This document shows positions 33,348-43,726 of a stretch of DNA of 64,000 bases, one piece after another. The DNA is from Candidatus Aminicenantes bacterium (GTDB lineage Bacteria; Acidobacteriota; Aminicenantia; Aminicenantales; Saccharicenantaceae). The stretch's first letter is position 1. Each line of letters opens with the position of its first letter. Position numbers and translations under genes: made by a program. Below the pieces are notes generated by a model. That model did not search any database. It had not been told where the DNA came from and was given only the letters and a program-made list of their open reading frames with translations. The stretch is taken from NCBI GenBank assembly GCA_963719985.1, contig CAVRDU010000005.1, positions 578,817 to 642,816 of the forward strand, read 5' to 3'.

Positions 33348-36300
33348 TCAGACCCGTCTTAAAGAGGGACATCCCCTGCCGGGACAGTCCCATCGGACGA
33401 TCTCGATCCACTGTCCTTTCGTGTTGGCGTGCACGCTCGCGTCGTACATGGCCTCGACGGCGACGCCCGGCAGGTAATAGCGGCCGCGGTAGGACGCGTT
33501 CATGACGACGAGGAAGACCTTCTCCTGCCCCTTGTCCAGCCCGAAATAGTTGAAGACGCGGTCGTCGCGGATGTCCTGGTAGTCGACGTCGGCGGCCGCC
33601 CCGCTCTCGCCGCCGAACCTCGGGTTCTTGATCTGGAAGCCGGCGGCCACGAGGTGGGTCAGGACGAGGTTCCGCAGCTTCGCCGATCCCAGGTTCATGA
33701 CCCGGACCTCGGCCACGAGATCGAGCCCCTGCGTGATCTTGTCCATCGCCAGCGGGTTCATCTTCATGTCGCGATAGCGGACGTCGACCGAGAGGCCCTC
33801 GGACGACCCGGTCTCCGCCCCGGCCGGGGGCAGGCCCCGGCGATACACGCTGACGTAGAGCGTCAAGCCCCCGGTGTTCGTGACCGTGAGCTTGCGTCCT
33901 TGGGCCGGGAACGCAGGGAACTCGCGCCGGTCGATTGGCTTCGTCGCCTCGACGTCGACGGGCTTGTCGCCGTCCCAGGCGAAGCGGTAGCCGAAGGGCC
34001 TGACCTCGGCGCTGCCGTAGTAGGAGGACAGGGCCATCAGGCCGAACGACGTCTCCTGGGTCGAGAACCAGAGGTCCGAGGCCATGGCCTTGGAGATATC
34101 CTCGAGGAGCGGCCGGGCCTTGTCGGACCGCCCGATCAGAACGAACGCCCTCACGGCCAGGGCCTTGTCGCGGAAGTCGGAGCCGAAGGTCACGCCGTCG
34201 TCGCGGTAGGCCTTGAAGTCGGGCCGGGCGCGATCGGCCAGGTCGGCCGCAGCGTCGGCCTGACCGGTCATGTGGAAGGCCGCGGCGAGCGTCAGGCCGG
34301 CGAGTCCGGGGAGTCCGGGCGTCTCCCGGAGCCGGTTCATCGCCCCCAGGTCGGGGTCGCGAGCCAGAGCCAGGCCGAACAGGCGGAAGGCCTGGGTGAG
34401 CTCGGCCGCGTCGCCGCCCGTGACGTAATTGTTGGCCAGCGTTCTCTGGCTGGCCCGCCAGCCGTCGAGCATGGCCTGCGGCACGTGATAGCCGAGGCGC
34501 TGGGCCTCGAGCAGGAAATAGCCGGCGTAGGCCGTCGTCCACTCGTGTCCCGCAAAACCTCCGGGCCAGTAGGAGAAGGCGCCGTTGGCCATTTGGAAGC
34601 CGGCCATCTTCTGGATGGCCGCCTTGACGTGCTCCTCTATCCGCCGGGTTTGCCGCTCGTCGAGCCGGACCAGGTCCCTGAGGTAGAGCTGGGGCATGGC
34701 CGCGGACAGGGTCTGCTCCAGGCAGCCGTGGGGGAAATGGATGAGGTAGTCGAGCCTCTTCTCGAGGCCGAGGGGAGGCAGGGAGGAGGCCTCCAGCGTG
34801 ATCTGGTTCGTCCCCTCCAGCCCGAAGGGAACGACTTGCTCGCTTTGAGTCCGCCCCGGCGCGACCTCGAGCCGCGTCGTCTGGGTCACGACGGCGTTGG
34901 AGGCCAGGACGGGGATGGAGATGGCGTCCTCGACGCGCGCGGACCCGCCCGCCGCGCGGAACCGGACCTCGCCCTGTCCCAGAGCCCCTGTCGTCCGGAG
35001 CGCGAACGAGACGATGTCGTCGCCGGGCCGGGCAAACGCGACCGTCTTCGTCCGTTCGCCGACGACCTCGAGAAGCGCGTTCGTCTCGACGCTCACCGCG
35101 ACCTCCTTCAGCGCCGGGTCGGTGACGAACACGGCGATGGGCATGACCACGTCCTCGCCGGGCCGGACGACCCGCGGCAGGGTGGCCAGCGTCATCAGGT
35201 CGCGCCGGACCGGGACGGACTTCTCGGCCGATCCGAACGCGCCGCCGCGGCCGGCCACGACCATGACCCGGACGGCGCCGAAGTACTGCGGCATGAGGAG
35301 ATCGTGGACGCCGCTCGCGCCCGCCTTGAGCTCGAACGGCCCCTCGAACAGGACGACCGGCGGGAACCGCCGCGGCTTTTTGGCCAGGTCGGCCGACCCG
35401 GCGCCCTCGTCGCCGCCGATCGAGAGGATGCGGGCCATCTCGGCCCCGTAGGCCTCGGCGACGATGTCGAAGAGGTCCCAGGTCGCGACGCCGAGCGCCT
35501 CGCGGGCGTAGAAGCCCTGGCGCAGATCGGGCGTCGCGTACCGGGTCAGGCCGAGGAGCCCCTCGTCGACGACGGCCAGCGTATAGGTCATGGGCCGGCC
35601 GCCGCCCTCGCGGACCTCGACCCGGAACTTTTCCTTGGGCCGGATCTCGTCGGCCACCTTGAGCGCGGGCTCGAGGCGCGTCCCCCGGTCCTCGACGAGG
35701 AGGGGGATGGCCCCGTAGAGCCGGATCGGCGCGTCGCTCGTCTTGTCTCGGTGCGGCTGGATCAGGGTGACGTGGACGTAGACGTTGGGCGTCATGGCCG
35801 CGGTGACCGGGATCTCGAAGCGGTTCTCGCCCTTGACCGTGGACACCCACATCTTGTCGAGGACCGAGGTCCCGTTCTCGATGGAGACGAGGGCCCGGCC
35901 CTGGACGGCTTCGGGCAGGTAGATGACGGCCCGCTCGCCGACCGTGTAGCCGGGCTTGTCCGAGGTCAGAGTGAGCACGGTCGCGCCCGGCCCCGCCTCC
36001 TCGCGGGCCCGGCCGGCCCAGCCGGGCCAGTCGATGTAGACGATCCGGCCCGCGGCGTGGCCGCTCTCGGGGTCCTCGACCCGGACGAGATAGCGCCCCC
36101 AATCGGGGTAGCGGACCTGGAACGTCCACTTGCCGGCGCCGTCCTTCGTCGCGACCTCGCCCGTGAGCAGCGGCCGGTTCCGGACGTCGGAGACGTACTG
36201 GGCCAGCGATTCCCCGCTCTTGTCCCACCACCACTTCCACTCGACCTTGTAGAGAGAGACGAGGACCTTGTCCCGGGAGACGGGCCGGCCCGAGGGATCG

Positions 36301-38912
36301 ACGGTGGCGATCGCGACCTCGTGGTCCTTGTCGGTCAGGAGCATCCCCCGGACCGCGTCGCCCTTGGGCGCCTTCAGCCCGACGTAGGCGTCGTAGGGAT
36401 GGAAGGGCAGCGAGAAGGTGTCGACGCTGAAGTCGCCGCTGGCCTCGAAGACCCGGCTGGTGAACGCGGCGTCGAGAAGGCCCGGGCTCGCCTGCGGCGG
36501 GTCGATCTCGATCCGGGCCGTGCCCCGGCCTTGGGCGTCGAGGACCCCCTTGGCCACGTCGAGCGTCCCGCCCTCGAAATCGCGGGCCGGATCGTCGAAG
36601 ACGAAGTCCTGGAAGTGGTCGAACCGCGTCGGCCGGCGCGAGAGCCGGACCGAGACGTCGAAGGCCAGGTCGGCCGCCGGGGCCCCGTGGAGCCACTGGG
36701 CCGTGACCGCGGCGTCGAACGGCATGTCCTTGCGGGCCAGCGTCTCGCGGCCCGGGTCGAGCAGGATCTTGAGCCGGTTGGGTACGACGGTCTCGACCTT
36801 GATGGTCCTGCTGAAGGTCATGCCGCCGACGAGGACGCGGGCCTGCCAGTTGCCCGTGGGCGCCGACTCGTCCGTGGCGGCGACGAAGGCGTGGAAGGGC
36901 TCGACCGACCGTTCCGGCTTGAGCGTCCGGACGAGCTGGCCCTGGGGCGAGTAGAGCTCCAGGACGACCGGGTGGCCCGCCGGCAGGACCTTCTCCCGGT
37001 CGAACAGGGCGAAGGTCAGATAGAGGGTGTCGCCCGGCCGCCAGACGCCGCGCTCGCCGTAGAGGATGCCCTTGACGCCCTTCTCCGTCGTCTCGCCGCC
37101 GACGTCGAAGTGGCTCATCGGCAGGACGCCCTCGCCCGCGATCCGGAGATAGCCGGTGTCGCCACCGCCCTCCGCCGAGACGTAGAACGGACGGTCCTTG
37201 AGGCCGAGGAAGGCGAAGCCGTTGCCGTCGCTCGTCGTCTCGCCGAGGAGCTGGTTCTGGTAGTTGAAGGCCCGGACCCGGAGCCCGGAGAGCGGCCGGG
37301 CCGTCCCGAGGTCAGTCGTCACGACGTGGAGCCCGCCGTTGGCCTCGAGCTTGGCCACGAGGCCGATATCGGAGGCCAGGAAGTTCCGGCCGGCGACGGC
37401 CGCCCGGTTGTAGCGGGGCATGTAATAGGCGTCGGAGCAGGGGTTGTCGCGGTTGTACCAGTCCCGGCCGTCATAGGCATAGGACTCCTCGGCGTAGTCC
37501 CAGTTCGAATAGCGGTCGTAGCCCGCGTCGTCAAGGTTCCTGAGCGGCGCTTCGGCGACGACTGGCTTGTCGCTCGCCGGGCAGGGGTAGGTCGAGTTGC
37601 CGCGGTTGAACGACAGGACGATGCGGAAGAGGCTGCCCGGGCTCTCCCGGAAGAGCCGCGTGACGTCGAGCTCGTAGCGCGACCAGCGACCGGTCTGGGC
37701 CGGGTCGTCGGAGAGGGGGACCGTCCTGCGCCAGAGGTAGCGCCCGACCCGGGCCAGCTCGTCCGAGCCCTCGAGGCTGTTGACCTGGAAGAACTGGGCC
37801 ATGTTGCCCGGATAGATCTGGAAGGCCGCGACCTGGAGGGACCTGAGGTTGACGGCCTCGATAGGCACGGTCAGGCGGTCCTTGCGCGGCAGGATGAGGC
37901 CCCGGCCGACGAACCGCGCCGCGGGCCGGATCGACTCGAACGTGGCCTGGCGGCTCAAGCCTTCTTTGAGGCGGCGGTTGAAGGCGTTCCGGACGCCGGG
38001 CATGACTTGGACGGTGACGGTGCCGACGAACTCTTTGGTCGAATAGGCCCGGACGGCGTTTCCTTCGACCTCGAACGTCAGGGGCATGGTCCCGACCCGG
38101 ATGAGGCCCTGGAGGCTCTGGTCCCGGGCCAGGGGATCGGAAAAGCGCAACAGGACGTGCCGCGTCTCCCCGAGAACGGGCTCCACGGAGACGAGGGCGA
38201 ATTCTCCCAGGGCCGGGACCTCGACCTCGCGGCGCCCGCGCGCGTCGACGCGGAGCGGAGCGCCGTCCCACGAGAGGACGACCATAGAGGGCTCCTCTCC
38301 CCGCTCGACGTCCTTGACCGAGAAATAATGTGTCAGCCCATCCTGGGCGTGGCTCCATTCGATCGTGAGCGATCGGCCGCCCTGCCCGGCCTCGAGCACC
38401 TTTTCGACAAGGGTCTTCTCCTCCATGTCGGCCGTGACGACCCGGCCCCGAAGGACCTGGACCTGCGGCCGGCCCGCGTCCTCGGCGAAGAGGCCTTCCA
38501 AGCCGACCTCCATGTTCGGCCGGACGACGTCGAAGCCGAACTCGAAGCGGGCGAAGGCCTTCGGTAGGTCGAGGGCCTTGCCGACGTGCAGGACCGCCCT
38601 GTAGTTCTGGCCCGGCTTCAGCTCGCCCTTGGGCGTGAAGACGAGCTCGCGCGCGCTCTTCCACTCCGCGGTCCCGGCGATCGCGGGCGAGAACTCGAGG
38701 AGGCCGGCCGCGGCCGGGCCCGGGGCCCCGACGCTCGGCACGAACAGGACGCGGATGGGCGACCCGCGGAAGACCGTCCCCGTCGTGAACGCGCTGATGT
38801 ACCGGTACCATTCCTTCTCGGCGCCCGCCGGCTCCGGTTCTTTCGACTTGCAGGCGGCGAACGCGAGAACCCCAAGGACGATCAGGAGGCCGGACACGGT
38901 TCTCTTCGTCAT
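33348..38912 (-). CDS. Alpha-2-macroglobulin family lipoprotein (YfhM-like) with thioester motif
   Basis: 1854 aa. Lipoprotein signal (LAFAAC). Thioester CLEQ motif (FPHGCLEQT). Classic operon partner of pbpC. Confidence 0.85.
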   Translation of the reverse strand: MTKRTVSGLLIVLGVLAFAACKSKEPEPAGAEKEWYRYISAFTTGTVFRGSPIRVLFVPSVGAPGPAAAGLLEFSPAIAGTAEWKSARELVFTPKGELKPGQNYRAVLHVGKALDLPKAFARFEFGFDVVRPNMEVGLEGLFAEDAGRPQVQVLRGRVVTADMEEKTLVEKVLEAGQGGRSLTIEWSHAQDGLTHYFSVKDVERGEEPSMVVLSWDGAPLRVDARGRREVEVPALGEFALVSVEPVLGETRHVLLRFSDPLARDQSLQGLIRVGTMPLTFEVEGNAVRAYSTKEFVGTVTVQVMPGVRNAFNRRLKEGLSRQATFESIRPAARFVGRGLILPRKDRLTVPIEAVNLRSLQVAAFQIYPGNMAQFFQVNSLEGSDELARVGRYLWRRTVPLSDDPAQTGRWSRYELDVTRLFRESPGSLFRIVLSFNRGNSTYPCPASDKPVVAEAPLRNLDDAGYDRYSNWDYAEESYAYDGRDWYNRDNPCSDAYYMPRYNRAAVAGRNFLASDIGLVAKLEANGGLHVVTTDLGTARPLSGLRVRAFNYQNQLLGETTSDGNGFAFLGLKDRPFYVSAEGGGDTGYLRIAGEGVLPMSHFDVGGETTEKGVKGILYGERGVWRPGDTLYLTFALFDREKVLPAGHPVVLELYSPQGQLVRTLKPERSVEPFHAFVAATDESAPTGNWQARVLVGGMTFSRTIKVETVVPNRLKILLDPGRETLARKDMPFDAAVTAQWLHGAPAADLAFDVSVRLSRRPTRFDHFQDFVFDDPARDFEGGTLDVAKGVLDAQGRGTARIEIDPPQASPGLLDAAFTSRVFEASGDFSVDTFSLPFHPYDAYVGLKAPKGDAVRGMLLTDKDHEVAIATVDPSGRPVSRDKVLVSLYKVEWKWWWDKSGESLAQYVSDVRNRPLLTGEVATKDGAGKWTFQVRYPDWGRYLVRVEDPESGHAAGRIVYIDWPGWAGRAREEAGPGATVLTLTSDKPGYTVGERAVIYLPEAVQGRALVSIENGTSVLDKMWVSTVKGENRFEIPVTAAMTPNVYVHVTLIQPHRDKTSDAPIRLYGAIPLLVEDRGTRLEPALKVADEIRPKEKFRVEVREGGGRPMTYTLAVVDEGLLGLTRYATPDLRQGFYAREALGVATWDLFDIVAEAYGAEMARILSIGGDEGAGSADLAKKPRRFPPVVLFEGPFELKAGASGVHDLLMPQYFGAVRVMVVAGRGGAFGSAEKSVPVRRDLMTLATLPRVVRPGEDVVMPIAVFVTDPALKEVAVSVETNALLEVVGERTKTVAFARPGDDIVSFALRTTGALGQGEVRFRAAGGSARVEDAISIPVLASNAVVTQTTRLEVAPGRTQSEQVVPFGLEGTNQITLEASSLPPLGLEKRLDYLIHFPHGCLEQTLSAAMPQLYLRDLVRLDERQTRRIEEHVKAAIQKMAGFQMANGAFSYWPGGFAGHEWTTAYAGYFLLEAQRLGYHVPQAMLDGWRASQRTLANNYVTGGDAAELTQAFRLFGLALARDPDLGAMNRLRETPGLPGLAGLTLAAAFHMTGQADAAADLADRARPDFKAYRDDGVTFGSDFRDKALAVRAFVLIGRSDKARPLLEDISKAMASDLWFSTQETSFGLMALSSYYGSAEVRPFGYRFAWDGDKPVDVEATKPIDRREFPAFPAQGRKLTVTNTGGLTLYVSVYRRGLPPAGAETGSSEGLSVDVRYRDMKMNPLAMDKITQGLDLVAEVRVMNLGSAKLRNLVLTHLVAAGFQIKNPRFGGESGAAADVDYQDIRDDRVFNYFGLDKGQEKVFLVVMNASYRGRYYLPGVAVEAMYDASVHANTKGQWIEIVRWDCPGRGCPSLRRV

Positions 38913-39023
38913 GGTTTTCCCTCCCCTTGAAGGCGATGATCGGTCATGCCGGTATCGTCGGACAAGCTGGCCGGAAGCGTAGCTCCGGGGCCCGAAAAAG
39001 TCAACTCGGCGGCGGCCGGGGGC

Positions 39024-39059
39024 TTGACAAGCCCGCCTATTTGTGGATAATTATTCATT
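39024..39059 (+). promoter_or_regulatory. Sigma70-like promoter (TTGACA-16nt-GATAAT) overlapping an ARG box operator upstream of argR
   Basis: cTTGACAagcccgcctatttgtgGATAATtattcatt. The sequence tgtggataattattcatt matches the ARG-box consensus TnTGAATwwwwATTCAnw at 17/18. An additional ATTCAT…ATGAAT palindrome spans the start codon. Confidence 0.5.
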
Positions 39060-39063
39060 GATC

Positions 39064-39528
39064 ATGAATAAGCATCCAGCCGCCGAGCGCCGCCGCGTCC
39101 TTCGGGAGATCCTCCGGGACGAGCCGGCGGGAAGCCAGGCCGCGCTCTTGCGGGCCCTGCGCCGGCGCGGCCGGCGGGCCGCCCAGGCGACCCTGTCCCG
39201 CGATCTGCGCGAGATGGGCGCGGTCCGCGTCCGGACGTCCGAGGGGGCCTTCCGGTACGAGGTCCCGGCGGCCGGCCCGACACCCGGCCCGCCGCGGGAG
39301 AAGCTGCGGACGCTCTTCCGCTCCCTCGTCACCGGCCTCCGTGGGACGGGCTCCCTGGTCCTGGTCAAGACCACGCCGGGGAACGCCGCGGGGGTCGCCT
39401 CCCTGATCGACGCCCTCGGCCATCCGCACATTCTGGGCACGGTGGCCGGCGACGACACCATCCTCGTCGTCGTCGACGGCGAGGGACGTCGCCGCGGCGT
39501 CGAGAAGGAGTTCCATGATCTCCTCTGA
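39064..39528 (+). CDS. argR: Arginine repressor
   Basis: 154 aa with an N-terminal winged-helix (LREILRDE…SQAALLRALRRRG…ATLSRDLRE) and a C-terminal oligomerisation/arginine-binding domain (GDDTILVV). Confidence 0.85.
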   Translation: MNKHPAAERRRVLREILRDEPAGSQAALLRALRRRGRRAAQATLSRDLREMGAVRVRTSEGAFRYEVPAAGPTPGPPREKLRTLFRSLVTGLRGTGSLVLVKTTPGNAAGVASLIDALGHPHILGTVAGDDTILVVVDGEGRRRGVEKEFHDLL

Positions 39529-39649
39529 GTTCATCCACACCCGGGGGATGATCAAGCGCCGGGGCTCCCGGCGCGCCTGATCCCCCCGTCCCATCCCGGG
39601 CCTCGACGGCCCCCACCGAGACATCTCCGTCGATCGAAAGGACAAGAAC

Positions 39650-40906
39650 ATGGACAAAGTCATCCTCGCCTACTCCGGCGGGCTGGACACGTCGGTCATC
39701 CTCAAATGGCTGGCCGAAAAAGGCCTGACCGTCGTCGCTTACGTGGCCGACGTGGGCCAGAACGAGGACATGGCCGCCATCGCGGCCAAGGCCGAGGCCA
39801 CCGGCGCCGCCAAGGTCTATGTCGAGGACCTCAAGGACGAGCTCGTCACGGACTACGTGTTCGCGGCGATCAAGGCCAACGCTATCTACGAAGGCCGGTA
39901 CCTTTTGGGGACCTCCCTGGCCCGGCCGCTCATCGCCAAGCGTCAGATCGAGATCGCCCACAAGGAACGGGCCCCCTTCGTGGCCCACGGGGCCACGGGG
40001 AAAGGCAACGACCAGGTCCGGTTCGAGCTGAGCTACTTCGCCCTCGACCCCGCGATCAAGGTCATCTCCCCCTGGAAGGACCCCGAGTTCCTGGCCTCCT
40101 TCCGGGGCCGGCCGGACCTGCTCGCCTACGCCGCCGCCCACGGCATCGACGTCAAGGCTTCTCAGGCCAAGCCCTACTCCGAGGACGCCAACCTCATCCA
40201 CATCAGCCACGAGTCCGGGGTCCTCGAGGATCCCCAGACCGCGCCCGACGAGCACGTTTTCTCCTGGACGAAGCACCCGAAGGACGCGCCCGATGCAGAG
40301 ACCCACCTGGAGATCCGATTCAAGGACGGCGTGCCCGTCCAGGTCGCAGACCGCACCCGCGGCGTCACCCGGACGGGGCCCTACGAGCTGTTCGCCTATC
40401 TCAACGAGGTCGGGGCCGAGAACGCCGTCGGCCGCGTGGACATGGTCGAGAACCGCTTCGTCGGCGTCAAGAGCCGGGGCGTCTACGAGTCGCCCGGCAT
40501 GACCATCCTCCGGGCCGCCCACATGGACATCGAGGGCATCGCCATGGACCGCGAGGTCATGCGCCTGCGGGACATGCTGTCGCCCAAGTTCGCCGAACTC
40601 GTCTACAACGGCTTCTGGTTCTCGCCCGAGATGGACTTCCTGATGGCCGCCGTGGACAAGAGCCAGGAGGTCATCGACGGCGTCGTCCGCCTGACCCTCT
40701 ACAAAGGCAACGTCACCGTCACCGGGAGGGAGTCGCCGAGCTCGCTCTACGACAAGGACCTCTCCAGCATGGATATCGAGGGCGGATTCGACCAGCAGGA
40801 TTCGCGCGGCTTCATCGCCATCAACGCCATCCGTCTCAAGGCCCACAACGCCATCATGACGCGCCGGGGCAAGAAGGTGACGGATTTCATGAGGAACGGA
40901 CGATGA
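39650..40906 (+). CDS. argG: Argininosuccinate synthase
   Basis: [21 protein letters not shown]… is the PP-loop motif AYSGGLDTS. 418 aa. Confidence 0.9.
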   Translation: MDKVILAYSGGLDTSVILKWLAEKGLTVVAYVADVGQNEDMAAIAAKAEATGAAKVYVEDLKDELVTDYVFAAIKANAIYEGRYLLGTSLARPLIAKRQIEIAHKERAPFVAHGATGKGNDQVRFELSYFALDPAIKVISPWKDPEFLASFRGRPDLLAYAAAHGIDVKASQAKPYSEDANLIHISHESGVLEDPQTAPDEHVFSWTKHPKDAPDAETHLEIRFKDGVPVQVADRTRGVTRTGPYELFAYLNEVGAENAVGRVDMVENRFVGVKSRGVYESPGMTILRAAHMDIEGIAMDREVMRLRDMLSPKFAELVYNGFWFSPEMDFLMAAVDKSQEVIDGVVRLTLYKGNVTVTGRESPSSLYDKDLSSMDIEGGFDQQDSRGFIAINAIRLKAHNAIMTRRGKKVTDFMRNGR

Positions 40907-42291
40907 GCGGCACGGTCTGGGGCCGCCGCTTCGCCGCGAGGAAGGGGCTCCCCGCCCTCGAGAGCTACAACGCGTCGATCGGCGAGGACGCCTTCCTGCT
41001 GGAAGCCGAGCTGGCCGCCTCCCGGGCCTACGCGCTGGCCCTGCGCTCGGCCGGCGTCCTCGACGGGGAGGAGGCCGCGGCCGTGCTGCGAGGCCTGGCG
41101 GCCGTCGCCCGGCGCGCCGCGGCCGGCGAGGACCTCTCCCGGTTCGAGGACGTCCATACGGCCGTAGAGCTGCTCCTCGTCGAGGAGGCCGGGGAGCCCG
41201 GTCTCAAGCTCCACACGGGCCGGAGCCGCAACGAGCAGGTGGTGACGGACGAGCGACTGTTCCTGAAATCCGCCCTGCCCGAGGCCGAGGCCGCCGTCGC
41301 GGCGGTCCAGTCCGCCCTCCTGGACCTGGCCTCGGCCGCTCCCGACGCCGCGCTCCCGGGCTACACGCATCTCCAGCGCGGCCAGCCCCTTCTCTTCGCC
41401 CACTACTGTCTGTCCTTCTTCTGGGCCCTGGAACGGAGCCGGGGCCGCCTGGCCGACGCCTTGAAGCGCGTCGACGTCTGCCCTCTCGGATCGGGGGCCC
41501 TGGCGGGATCGACCGTCGCCCTGGACCGCGAAGCCATGCGGGCCGAGCTCGGATTCGCGGCGGTATCGGAGAACTCCCTGGACGCCGTGGCCGACCGGAG
41601 CTTCATCCTGGAAAGCCTGGGCGCGCTGGGCCTCGTCCTGCTCGATCTGTCCCGTCTGGCCGAGGACTTCGTCATCTTCGCGACGGCGGAATTCGGCTTT
41701 ATAGCCCTCGGCGACGCCGCGGCGACCTCGAGCAGCCTCATGCCGCAGAAGAGGAACCCCGATGTCCTGGAGCTCCTGCGGGCGGCACCCGCGCGTCTCT
41801 TCGGTCACTACAGCCGCCTCTTTTCCGTCCTCAAGGGCCTGCCGTGGTCCTATAACAAGGACCTGCAGGAGGACAAGGAACCTCTCCGCCGCGGCGTCGA
41901 GGACGCCCTCCGGGCCCTCGCGGCCTGCCGGCTCGTCCTTCAGAACGTCCGGCCGGTCCCGGAGCGCATGGCCGCGGCCCTGGATGCGTCCGTCTATGCC
42001 ACCGATCTCGTCGACGTCCTCGTCGAAAAGGGCCTCCCCTTCCGCCGGGCCCACGGCGTCGTCGCCGAGGCCGTCCGCGTGGCCGAAAGCTCCGGCCGGG
42101 CGATCGACGCGCTGACCCCGGACGAGCGGAGGGCGGTCGATCCGGCCCTGGCCGACCTGCCGGACGGCTTGTTCGATCCCCAACGTTCGATCCGGCGGAA
42201 AAAGACCTCCGGGTCCACCCACCCGGACAGCGTCCGGCGTCAGCTCGAAAAGGCCCGGGCGATCCTCGGCGGGACCCGGGCTCGCGCCTGA
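40903..42291 (+). CDS. argH: Argininosuccinate lyase
   Basis: The ATG overlaps the argG stop (ATGA). Fumarate-lyase signature [12 protein letters not shown]. About 462 aa. Confidence 0.9.
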   Translation: MSGTVWGRRFAARKGLPALESYNASIGEDAFLLEAELAASRAYALALRSAGVLDGEEAAAVLRGLAAVARRAAAGEDLSRFEDVHTAVELLLVEEAGEPGLKLHTGRSRNEQVVTDERLFLKSALPEAEAAVAAVQSALLDLASAAPDAALPGYTHLQRGQPLLFAHYCLSFFWALERSRGRLADALKRVDVCPLGSGALAGSTVALDREAMRAELGFAAVSENSLDAVADRSFILESLGALGLVLLDLSRLAEDFVIFATAEFGFIALGDAAATSSSLMPQKRNPDVLELLRAAPARLFGHYSRLFSVLKGLPWSYNKDLQEDKEPLRRGVEDALRALAACRLVLQNVRPVPERMAAALDASVYATDLVDVLVEKGLPFRRAHGVVAEAVRVAESSGRAIDALTPDERRAVDPALADLPDGLFDPQRSIRRKKTSGSTHPDSVRRQLEKARAILGGTRARA

Positions 42292-42356
42292 CTCTTCATT
42301 GGGAGGCCCGATCTATAGTATGATGAGGCGGCCTCAACCGAGAGAGGAGCGATCCC

Positions 42357-43726
42357 ATGGGCATCACGGTCAAGAAAGCGGCGGGACGGATCAGCCGCCG
42401 CGATTTCCTCAGGTCCTCGGCCGCGGCCGGGCTCGGCGTCGCACTGTCCGGGCCGGTCTTGTCCCAGGACCCGCCCCCGGCGGCGCCCGCCGCCGCCAAG
42501 TCCGCCGACGAGCTCCGCGTGGCCGTCATCGGCTGCGGCGCCCAGGGCCGTGTCCTCGTCGAGTCGATGCTGCGCGTCCCTTCCGTCCGCATCGTCGCCA
42601 TCGCCGACATCTGGTCCTACAGCCGCCAGTACACCGGCAACTACCTCAAGAAATACGGCCACGTCGCCAACGTCTACGAGGACTTCCGCGAGCTGCTCGC
42701 CGCCGAGAAGGACCTCGACGCGGCGGTCGTGGCGACGCCCGACTGGGTCCACGCCGAGCAGACCAACGCCTGTCTCCGGCGGGGGCTCCACGTCTACTGC
42801 GAGAAGGAGATGTCCAACTCGCTCGACCAGGCCCGGTCCATGGTCCTCACGGCCCGCGAGACGGGCAAGCTCCTTCAGATCGGCCACCAGCGCCGATCCA
42901 ACCCGCGCTACATCCACGCCATCGACCGGCTCATCCGCGAGCGCAACCTCCTCGGCCGCGTCACCGTCGCCTACGCCCAGTGGAACCGGGCCAAGGCCGA
43001 CCTGCTCGGCTGGCCGGAGAGGTACGCCATCGATCAGGCCACCCTCGACAAGCACGGCTACGGCTCCATGACCGAATTCCGCAACTGGCGCCTCTTCAAG
43101 AAGTTCGGCGGCGGCCCGATGGTCGACCTGGGCTCCCACCAGATCGACCTCTTCGGCTGGGTCCACGGGACACCCCCAAGTCGGTCGTGGCCAGCGGCGG
43201 CCTGGACTTCTACAAGGACTGGGAGTGGTACGACAACGTCATGGCCGTCTACGAGTTCGAGACCAAGGCGGGCACGGCCCGGGCCTTCTATCAGGTCCAG
43301 ACGACGACCCAGCACGGCGGCTTCTATGAGACGTTCATGGGCGAGAACGGCTCGCTCGTCCTGTCCGAGATCCCCCAGCGGGGCAACTGGGCCATGCGCG
43401 AGCCGCACGCCCCCGAATGGGACTCCCTGGCCAAGGCGGGCCTCCTCCAGTCCGAGACCGTGCCCATCCAGAAGTCGGCGACCAAGAACATCTATGTCGA
43501 CGTCCGGGTGACGGCCGAAGCGGGACGCTGGCCCCTGCCGGTGGAGCTGGCCAAGCCGGCCCACCAGCCCCATCTCGAGAACTTCTTCGACGCCGTCAGG
43601 AACAGGGCCCTGCTCAATTGCCCGGCCGAGCTGGCCTACGAGTCCTGCGTCGCCGTCCTCAAGACCAACGAGGCGGTCAAGGCCCGGAGGGTCCTGGAGT
43701 TCCGCCCGGAGCAGTTCAAGGCATGA
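42357..43726 (+). CDS. TAT-exported Gfo/Idh/MocA family oxidoreductase, one frameshift (~43168)
   Basis: SRRDFLRSSAAAGLGVAL TAT signal and VIGCGAQGR Rossmann. The C-terminal domain continues in the frame of 42299 (…KSVVASGGLDFYKDWEWYDN…EFRPEQFKA stop). Confidence 0.7.

Noticed and set aside
33429-38567. 1712-aa plus-strand ORF
   Set aside because: It is antisense to the alpha-2-macroglobulin gene. It is low-complexity with no motifs, whereas the minus-strand gene has a lipobox and the CLEQ thioester.
39529-39649. Second ARG box between argR and argG
   Set aside because: Only a weak TGAGTTCAT half-site is present. It is not convincing.
39365-42222. Long minus-strand ORFs (39365..40846, 40747..42222)
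   Set aside because: They are antisense to argG and argH, which are unambiguous.
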